A DNA stretch of 64,000 bases from Macrostomum lignano (Eukaryota): assembly GCA_002269645.1 (NCBI GenBank), contig NIVC01002803.1, positions 62,001 through 126,000 on the forward strand. Direction: 5' to 3'. The first letter of the stretch is position 1; the number at the start of each line of letters is the position of its first letter. This document shows positions 54,701-64,000 of the stretch, one piece after another. A program made the translations under genes and the position numbers. The notes beneath the pieces were generated by a model. It worked only from the letters and a program-made list of their open reading frames with translations, ran no database searches and had not been told where the DNA came from.

Positions 54701-57700
54701 TCCGCCTCGAGGCTCAGCTGTTCGGAGGCCTCCGAGAGCAGGCGCTCGCGCAGAAGCGAGTGATAGCGCAGCATGAACGATTCCTTGTCCTCTAGCAGGC
54801 TGTAGAGCGTCATCTGACCACGCAAGGGTTGCACCTGTGCCTGTCACTTCATTTAGCAACACCCAAAACGAATAGAAATTCTAAACTTACACAAACGACA
54901 AACCCACACATCCTGCACCCACACAGAAAAAAATGAAACCCCACCCCAGCTGAAACACCACACTCGCAGACTCCCATACCAGCGGAATCCCACACTAGCG
55001 GAAACCAAGCACCAGCGGAATCCCACACTAGCAGAAACCCCACACTAGCAGAAACCCCACACTAGCAGAAACCCCACACCAGCGGAATCCCACACTAGCA
55101 GAAACCCCACACTAGCGGAAACCCCGCACCAGCGGAATCCCACACTAGCGGAAACCCCGCACCAGCGGAATCCCACAATAGCGGAAACCCCACACCAGCG
55201 GAATCCCACACTAACAGAAACCCCACACCAGCGGAATCCCACACTAGCAGAAACCCCACACCAGCGGAATCCCACACTAGCGGAAACCCCACACCAGCGG
55301 AATCCCACACTAGCAGAAACCCCACACCAGCGGAATCCCACAATAGCGGAAACCCCACACCAGCGGAATCCCACACTAGCAGAAACCCCACACCAGCGGA
55401 ATCCCACAATAGCGGAAACCCCACACCAGCGGAATCCCACACTAGCAGAAACCCCACACCAGCGGAATCCCACACTAACAGAAACCCCACACCAGCGGAA
55501 TCCCACACTAGCGGAAACCCCGCACCAGCGGAATCCCACAATAGCGGAAACCAAGCACCAGCGGAATCCCACACTAGCGGAAACCCCGCACCAGCGGAAT
55601 CCCGCACTAGCGGAAACCCCACACCAGCGGAATCCCGCACTAGCGGAAACCCCACACTAGCAGAAACCCCACACTAGCGGAAACCCCACACCAGCGGAAT
55701 CCCACACTAGCGGAAACCCCACACCAGCGGAATCCCACACTAGCGGAAACCTCGCACCAGCGGAACCCCACACTAGCGGAAACCCCGCACCTAACCGAGC
55801 ACCCAGACTGGCCCAGCAGGCGCACCAAGTCTCCCAGCGCCTCCACTGTCGCGGCGTCCAGCGCTCGCACGGCGCGCATCTGCCTGTGGAAATGGTGCGC
55901 CAGCGCCGCCGCCGGGTAGCCGCTGCCCACCGACGAGAGCGGGCCGACGCCGCCAGAGTTCAACACGTCCGCGATGCCGGCTCGGACCTGCGAGGGGGAA
56001 TATTGAAATACAGTTGGCTTCTTTAGAGCAGTTTTAGTACAAGGTTTCAATATTTCGATTTTTCTTTCTTGGCTCATCTCAGCCAATTATCTTTGCCTTA
56101 TCTATTATCGTATTTTATTTTATCTTCTTATCTCACTCTTATGTCCCGTGGAGCAGTCCCCCAGGCTTTTGGTCTGGGGGTCGCGTCATTTTATCCTAAG
56201 TGTGATCTTATCTTTTTTCATTGTTATCTTATCTGGTCTCGTTTTTTAGCTCAACGCGCATTTCATTTCATCTCATCGGGACTAAACTTGATTGCAATTT
56301 TGATTAAATTTATTCCGCCAAGTTCAAAGTTTAGAGGTCCGCCAAGCGCCCAGTCTGCTCAATCATCTGGCAGTCACGCGCGGCTCTCAGTCTCACCGTG
56401 CCCAACAGGAGACTCCTGCTGAGAGACGGCTGCTGCAGCTCGATGGTCGCCTCGATGATCGATTTGCAGTGGCGCAGCTGCGAGACGCAGGCCTCGATGT
56501 ACATTGAGGTGGCCTGAGTTGAGAAGGGCGAGTGAGACAGCGTAATGAGGTCATTACAGAGAACTTTCGCGAGAAATCTCATCTCAAATATCTACCTGAG
56601 AATCTCAACCCAAATATCTACCTGATAATCTCACCCCAAATATCTGCATGAGAATCTCACCTTAATATCTACCTGAGAATATATATAACTAAACCTGAAA
56701 TCTCACCCTAAAAATCTCATCTCAAATATCTACCTGAGAATCTCTACCCAAAATCTACCCGAGAATCTCACCTCAAAATATCTACCTGAGAATCTCATCA
56801 CAGATGTCTACCTGAGAATCTCTCCCTAAAAATTCACCTGAGAATCCTACCCGATACCCGAGAATCGTTAGTATCACACCAATCTCAACAGAATCTCAAA
56901 AGTCAAAGCGGCAACTCAACAATGGATTTGAGCGCACCTTAGCCGAATTAGGATCCAACGATCTGAATTCCTCTCTAATTCCGTCAAAAACTTGGAGCAT
57001 TTTGTCTTTAACGAATCGCCTGATGACCTCCAGAAGGTGCTCCTGCCCGCCGTCAACCATGATCATGACGCTGAAGAACAAGCTGAGCCCGTGACTGTCG
57101 CTGTCAATCAGCAGCTGCTTCACCGTCTCGCCAAGCTCAGCCAGGTGCGCCTTCACCGTCTCCTGCAGCAGGCAGCTGACTACAGCATCGCGGAAGCCGT
57201 GAACGTTGAAGCTGACGGCTAGCAGCTCCTCAGTCATCAGCCAGTCGCTGACGCTGCGAGCAACCAAGTTGGAGTCGAACGGATGCAGCTTTGGCTGGTA
57301 GAACTGCTCCAGGCAGTGCAGGTACGGCTTGACCAGCACTCTGGCCACGGTGAACTGCTCAGGAGAGTCGGCGGCGGCGTCTGCATCCTCGGTAGAGCTG
57401 CCGCCCTGCCACCGATCGTACGGGCAGATTCGATGCCCATCGGTGGCCAGGTACATCTGGAATCTTTCGTACTCTTGCAGCAGGCTCACGAACTGGTGCA
57501 CCGGCTGCAGTTCGCTGGTCTCCCAACTGCGGCCCGCGGCGTGAATCTCGTGGAAAATGGAAACAGCCACCTGCCTGGCTACGTGCTTGAGAAAATTTTC
57601 CAAGCAGACTTGGCGAATTAAATCGGCAAGACAGAGGCTGCGGTGCCCGATCAGCACGCTGTCGCTCAGCCACTGTCTCATGGGACTCAGGCAGGCTCTA

Positions 57701-58104
57701 ATTACCCGAGAAAACGTATTCAACCGATTCATAAGCTCCAGAAAGTGCTCAATCAGCAGCTGCCAACATTGAGCAGCTGTCTCATTAGACAATGCGGAGT
57801 CCAGCTGCTTTGCACTGCAGCTCATTGCGTCCAGGAGTCTTCTGCGCATTTCGTCGATGCCTAGCTTGAGCACGCGCTCAAACTGTTTCATGAATTGAAG
57901 CTGCGGGCTCTGAGCGTCGGCTGGCACTGATGAGTCGTTTGAGTCGGCGCCGCTCCACAGAGGAGCGACTTTGTGATGAGCGGCTGGGCGCGGCAGCAGC
58001 AAGTTGTGCAGCCTGCTGGCAAACTGCATGCCCTGGCGCACTGTTAGGGACTGGGGCTCCGCTAGGATGCTGTTGATTTCGTCCGTAAATTCTGTCAAAT
58101 CCAT
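51736..58104 (-). CDS. highly divergent cullin-family scaffold (847 aa, 7 exons)
   Basis: Phase-compatible exons 58104-56938, 56513-56397, 55987-55796, 54813-54466, 53591-53191, 52887-52671, 51837-51736 (2544 nt). Cullin-like motifs: LLEDKESFMLRYHSLLRERLL; HSGRRVSLVHSFGSG; QCAIVTVMKQRR (neddylation-site Lys at 52758-52760); LVAGGYV...EYIP*. Confidence 0.85.
51935..52560. repeat. 31-bp intronic minisatellite (AATTGGATTGACTAGGCTGCACAAAGACCTG)n
   Basis: About 20 units. Confidence 0.92.
53875..54415. repeat. CT-rich intronic low-complexity repeat
   Basis: CTCTCACTCTCTCCC variants. Confidence 0.85.
54965..55790. repeat. 33-bp intronic minisatellite (CCACACCAGCGGAATCCCACACTAGCAGAAACC)n
   Basis: About 25 units, beginning immediately after the donor at 55795 (minus strand). 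Confidence 0.93.
56575..56895. repeat. ~26-bp degenerate intronic minisatellite (AATCTCACC...ATATCTACCTGAG)n
   Basis: About 11 degenerate units. Confidence 0.8.
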
Positions 58105-60099
58105 TTTCGCGTTGATAATTCGATATTAGAATCGGCTTGATTGTGGGAATCAAGTCTAAATAAGTTTAGTTACCCATGGTCTAAACTAAATTTTAGGGAG
58201 TTTATTTATACAATTAAGCACTCTATGGAAAATATCAGTTAATTGTTACCCTACCAGCTTCACTTATTGAATTCCGTGGCTATTTTTTTGTTTAAAAGAT
58301 GAGTTAAGAGGTCATGTTCAGAGCTACATGTAAATTTACATAATGTGTATTGAGTAGGACTCTGGAATCAGTTCAGCAACTACATGATGTACATCTAAAT
58401 CACTACATGTTATAACTGGAGACAGTCACAATTAATTGAATACGGCCCTCTCAGTGCCCTGGCGCAATCCTAATTAGGCCGCTATGCGTACCTGGGCGCG
58501 ACAATGTCAGCCAGCAGGCAGTCGACGAAGCTCTCAGTGCGCACCTGTCCTCGATATGGTACAGTTAAGGGCCGCATGCATGCATCAAGCTCGATCCGCA
58601 CGAGCACCAGCAATGGCAGTACATGCATGTACAACTCACCGGTACTCGCGGCGTAAAAATGATCATGGGGCGTGTATGGATTTAATGTCCAACTTTTTCG
58701 CACTTCGGATCGGACAAGACAGCACATTTTGGACTGCTGATCGAGCGAACCCAGCAAACGCAGACAAAACATACTTGTATATACTTATGTCCTCGATCCG
58801 CCACTCGTTTTCGATCCAAGGAGAACCACATGTAAAGCAACGACGACTATAAAGTCCTTGTTTCGATCTTTACTGACTTGTGACTATGTAGGCAATAATT
58901 TGGCAGATTAACATATTGCAGGTCGCTGTCACAAATTCGACTGCACCCCCAATTGCACGCTCGTAACTGGCCAGAAACATTGCTCGGGTCATGCAGTGGC
59001 ATAAATTGGGTGAATAATGAATAATGGTAAATAAAAATAAAATAATACGCATCAAGAGATATTTTAGATTTCTAACATTGCATGATTTCAACAATTGTTT
59101 CGCGATGCTAGAGCTACATGTATCCCTGCTAATATATCCGCTGGAAAACGGAGCGCGAAATACGCCTAAAATGCGCTTTAAAAACGCTCCGGGGGAGGGG
59201 TGGGTGGGGGTGCGCGGCTATGGGGAGGATGGGGGAGCTTCGCGTAAACTTGGCGTAAACATAGCAGGTTGTGCGTAAAGAAGCGTAAAACAGGCGTAAA
59301 ACTGAGGCACATTTTCAGAAACCGCCAAAAATACGCCTAGAAACCGCCCACGCACGCCTAACCAGCTGGGGTTTGGGGTGGGGTTAACGCTCGCGGTACG
59401 CTTGAAATACGCCTTGCCCGCTAAGCTTACGCCCGCGGTACGCTTGAGATACGCATGTTGCCAGCCTGGCATACGCCAGTGCTACGCTTGAAATACGCCT
59501 TGCCCGGTAATTGCTTACGCCGCGGTACTTCGGGAATACACTGTACTAGCTGCGTCCCGTACGTAGAAAATAATCAAAAGTGTAAGAGATAATGGCTGAA
59601 AATTTTTAGCTAGTTACCTTAATTGGTTTTTTAATTTATAACACAACTAGGAACGTATGTATTTAATTAAATATTATTTTTTAACATTAACATTAACATT
59701 AATTCGCTGGCAAATGACTGAGCAAAAAGACAAGCTGCATAAAAGTCGTAGCTGTAACAAGAAAGTAATACAAACAGCAAAGAAAGTTGTAAACGTAAAT
59801 CTTGAACTGGAACATAATAAAATGCTGTGGAGCTGGAGCAGCAAAAACAGTGGAGCTGGAAATGTAATGAGAGCCACAATGTAATTTTTTTGTTTTTTGT
59901 AATGCAATGCAAAGTACTAAAGAACAATAAAAGCATGGCGCTGTTGAGTCAAACTCAACAGATATCCCGGTGCAGCAATAATGAACTTTTCGCCGGGACA
60001 AATTTTGTGGGGAATCACTAGTAACTTGCAACTGAAAAAACAGTGGATGAGTTGAAGCTAGCTTGCAAGAGCGCTTTTAAACCAGCATGAAGACGAAAA

Positions 60100-61882
60100 C
60101 GTGCTCAAACTGAACTCAAAGCTTCATGCTCGAGAACTATTCGAGAAAAACTGATGTTCCTATCTCCACAATGTATTAGATTGATATTCGATTTCGAGTA
60201 CTTCTGCTTGCTCTTTGTCGCTGAAAATTGACATGCAGGACTTCACCCAGACACTAAGCGATTATCATAACTCAAACTGAACTCAAAGCTTCATGCTCGA
60301 GAACTATTCGAGAAAAACTGATGTTCCTATCTCCACAATGTATTAGATTGATATTCGATTTCGAGTACTTCTGCTTGCTCTCTGTCGCTGAAAATTGACA
60401 TGCAGGACTTCACCCAGACACTAAGCGATTATCATAACTCAAACCGAACTCAAAGCTTCATGCTCGAGAACTATTCGAAAAAAACTGATGTTTCTACATG
60501 TACATGTATCTCCACAGTGCATTAGACTGGGATAATAATTTTGTTCATTGTGTGAAGATATAGTAAGATATTTGCATGCATGATGTACATATATTGGCTG
60601 ATTCACAATAATTTTTTAAAAGATTCTCTACGAACTAGTAAGCACTGACTCATTAGGTTCAATCAGTTAAATTGATTTCATTAAGCCATTCAGCACTATT
60701 AAACTTTTTCGCGTTGTGTACACTGACCTGCCTACACTGTTCGTACAGTTTCATGCCGTGCAATCAAACATGGTATTTCATTTTTAGGAAGCCCGTTTGA
60801 TTTTGGTTCCCATGTTTACTGGAAGCCATTTTACCTGGTAGCGATTAACGTATCAGCTAGAAATGTTTACCTCTTTGACTCCTCTACCAGTAATATCCGC
60901 CAGCAGAATGTGTTGCCCAGAATTGTAGAAAACTGGAAGTATATAAGAAGCTTTTCCCTTCAACCTTTGACTTCAGATAAGACAATTATGAATGTAAGGA
61001 TACACATCCATGTAAGCTTTTCCGAACACTGCAATTGTAGTGCTTTTCTACGTCTGGCACCAAAAGAAATCTACGAGTATTTTTCACTCAAAGAAAATAC
61101 TACTTTTCGCAGTGACAACGCTCCACACACTAAGCAAGACGATTCTTTTAGTTGTGGTGCCTTCGTCTGCTTGTATGCCAGAAGCATAATTCTTGGTAGG
61201 GAGCTACAATATCAGAAAGCAAGCAAAGAATTTCTTGATAATGTGCGTTGTTACATATGGAAAGTAATCAGTAACAACTCCGTCGATAGCAACCAAGGTT
61301 CTTGTGCCATTTGTCAAGCAGAAGAGCCACCAAAAGCAGACGGTGCAGCAACAATTGATTGGGTGAGTTGTAAAATTCTTGTACGTATAAATACCTCTGT
61401 GCCAAATATCAATACACATGTACTCACTTTACCTTTACTTCTTGTACATGCACTACTGGTAGATTGAGTGCTCATTCTGTCTTGACTGGATCCACTGCGT
61501 CTGTGCATCCACAACGCAAGAAGAGGAAAACTTCTGCTGCTCGACCTGCAGAAGTTCTCGAGCATGAAGCTTTGAGTTCGGTTTGAGTTATGATAATCGC
61601 TTAGTGTCTGGGTGAAGTCCTGCATGTCAATTTTCAGCGACAGAGAGCAAGCAGAAGTACTCGAAATCGAATATCAATCTAATACATTGTGGAGATAGGA
61701 ACATTAGTTTTTCTCGAATAGTTCTCGAGCATGAAGCTTTGAGTTCGGTTTGAGTTATCATAATCGCTTAGTGTCTGGGTGAAGTCCTGCATGTCAATTT
61801 TCAGCGACAGAGAGCAAGCAGAAGTACTCGAAATCGAATATCAATCTAATACATTGTGGAGATAGGGAAGCACCAGTTTTTG
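60100..61882. mobile_element. foldback-like structure: ~310-bp inverted arms built of 167-bp tandem units flanking a protease-PHD gene fragment
   Basis: The left array has GCTTCATGCTCGAGAAC at 60121, 60288 and 60455 (period 167). Its reverse complement is at 61554 and 61721. The arms 60159-60471 and 61553-61866 are near-perfect inverted copies. No TSD identified. Confidence 0.6.
60788..61567 (+). CDS. Ulp1/SENP-like (C48) cysteine protease C-terminal part plus C4HC3 PHD finger; 5' partial, 1-nt frameshift
   Basis: Acceptor at 60786-60787. Reads LILVPMFTGSHF(+1 nt at the T-run 60829-60832)YLVAINVSARNVYLFDSS ... KQDDSFSCGAFVCLYA (His, Asp, Gln/Cys). Then CAIC...IDW, donor GTGAGT at 61363, and exon 61463-61567 IECSFCLDWIHCVC...CCSTCRSSRA*. 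Confidence 0.7.
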
Positions 61883-62614
61883 GCAAATTGTAAAAAATCC
61901 TTTCAATCTGTAGCCGTAGTTTTTTTTAAGTCGGTTTATCTCGTGGGTGATGTTTCTTCTGTAAAAAATCATGGCGTTTGGTGCTTTAAAAGCAAAGATT
62001 TTTGTTATTTCCGAATATCGATCTTGAATATCGCTCGGGGAATCCCTGCATATAAGGCTGCACTAACATAGACGTCAAAGCTAGGAATATGGCTTTCATT
62101 TTCTATGCGGGAGAGTAGAGTGTCATTCATGAAAATTGAGCAATAAAAATGTTAAAATCGTATATAAAATTAGAAATAAAAATTTGGCCTATTATTCAGC
62201 AATTAAAATTGCTGCAGTAACAACATTGCTGGCAATAGGCCCAAATTCATCAGGAAAAATAAGCTTCATAGAAAATGTAGCTACATTTTACTTATTTTTA
62301 GTCTTTTTATCTGCTGCTGGTCAACAAAAATGCAGCAGACAAAATGGCTGCTATACTCTAGTGACCTATTATTGAAATCAATAATTGCTTCAGGGTTACA
62401 AAATCCATATATTAATATTGTGCCTTAAAGTTATGGTTTTTTATATAAAAAAATCAAAAAAATCTAACTTAACAGGGGGAGGGGGTGCGCCAAGGGGCCC
62501 CCTCAGCTGCAGCCAAAGAAATTTTGATCATAGGCCTAGGCCTACTTTTTTGGCTTGCTACTATGCCAGGTCTATTTTCCAATATGGGGTTAGGCCCTAG
62601 CCTATAGTGCTTGG

Positions 62615-62662
62615 TATAGCTTGGCCCCCTCCCTTCAAAAATTTTCTGGATCTGCGCCTGGG
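62615..62662 (-). mobile_element. solitary MITE-like terminus (CAGGCGCAGATCCAGAAAATTTTTGAAGGGAGGGGG)
   Basis: Similar in layout to the 15089 MITE end; no partner TIR or TSD found. Confidence 0.3.
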
Positions 62663-64000
62663 CCAAAATGAATATTTGCAATGCCAAAATAAATGCTTTG
62701 CTTCTAGTATTAAATAAAATGAGTGCTTGCAATATTATGTCTATAATGAGTGCTTATTAGGCCTATGATACCCAAAACTAAAATAGTACTTAATGATACC
62801 AAAATAAACATTTATAGTGCCATACTAAGTGACTAAGCCTAGGTCTATAACACTAAAATAAGTGCTTATAGCATCATAATAAGGGCTTGCAGTGCCAAAA
62901 TGAGCATTTACAGCACTAAAATTAATGTTAATAGCATTGAAATGAACAACTGCAATGTTAAAATAACTGTTTACAATTTGCAATAATTATACTAAGATAA
63001 ATGTATACAATACAAAAATGAATGCCTAGGCTTACATTATAAAATCTATGGTAATACCCTTGCTTCTAACAACTTTAGATAGGGCCTATACCATATTATA
63101 TCCTAGATTAGGCCTAGGCTAGATCTATATATTTTTTAATAATTTTAAAATATGCCTAGGTTATTCTAAAAATTAATTAATCAGGGCTAGGCTTATTATC
63201 TGCTCAATAGACCTACTTTCAGCTCTAACTAGAGTTCCATTGTAGCATTGGATATAGCTATGAAAAGTTATAGATATGGTTTTTTGGCAAAGGCAAAGTA
63301 TATAAATATGGATATGGTTGTGGAAATATATTTCCCATATCTAGTTATTATATCTAGGCCTACCTAGCAATATTACTCAATTGAAACATGATTTACAACC
63401 ATTAGAAAGTTGTTAATTTGATAGATTTTATCACTTTAAAAGAGCTTATAAGTCTTTATAGGCCCCTAAAGATTTAGAAACTTAAGCAACAAAGAGTTTT
63501 GATTCCATATGCATGTTGTAGTTGGGCAGTAGATTCATTGCCCAAAAGTATAAGAGTTTTTATTTTACAATGTAAAATCTAGCTAAAGCTCTTAAGTCTA
63601 GGGTTGGGGACTAGGATGGGATTGGGATTGTGGGACTAAATTTGATATGAATTTTAGTATTAATTTAATATAACATTAATTATAATATAACATATAGCAT
63701 TAAATATAACATTTAACATTAATTTAATATATTAATGTAGCTCCCTACATTAATATAGGGAGCTCTTGAGTCTTGAGTTTCTAAAATCAGGGACTCAAGC
63801 AACAAAGACACTATATGCACTCTAGTGTTGAAATGGGAGGGAAGGTAAAGTTAAGACGTTTTCACTTTCAATACAAAGGTAGCTAGCTCTAAAGTCCTTG
63901 GGTTCAAAGACTCAATTTTTACACCATATGCACATTGTGGTTAGGATGGTAGGGGCTTATTAGAATGAATGAAACTAATAAAGAAGCCATCTAGCATTTG

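Overview
Eukaryotic (metazoan) genomic DNA with no prokaryotic features and no CRISPR array. GC-rich, GT-AG-spliced exons are separated by introns mostly filled with intron-specific mini/microsatellites and by AT-rich spacers. This style resembles a Macrostomum-like free-living flatworm, but that is inference only. Gene models spliced by hand from the sequence: (1) a divergent ionotropic glutamate receptor/IR-type channel (+, ~3138-14536, 5' end unresolved); (2) a 62-aa single-exon secreted precursor ending KKK-FIHIHF-G-stop (+, 19193-19381); (3) CCDC170 (-, 29032-21892, 6 exons, 765 aa); (4) a 3-exon, 104-aa neuropeptide precursor yielding a 29-aa ...RVRM-amide with an NPF/NPY-type intron (-, 30244-29646); (5) a large C2H2 zinc-finger/polyQ protein with a 1-nt frameshift (+, 43060-48407); (6) a highly divergent full-length cullin (-, 58104-51736, 7 exons, 847 aa); (7) an Ulp1/SENP-like protease plus PHD finger fragment enclosed by ~310-bp inverted repeats made of 167-bp units (60100-61880). 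Also present: an hAT-type MITE nested in a retroposon tail, a decayed RTE-like LINE, a tRNA-derived SINE head and about 30 tandem repeats. Several repeats carry arrays of perfect TF motifs (CRE, kappaB, C/EBP-ATF) or copies of splice donors. Most long ORFs in the supplied track are repeat or antisense artefacts. Family assignments come from recalled motif similarity, not from database searches.
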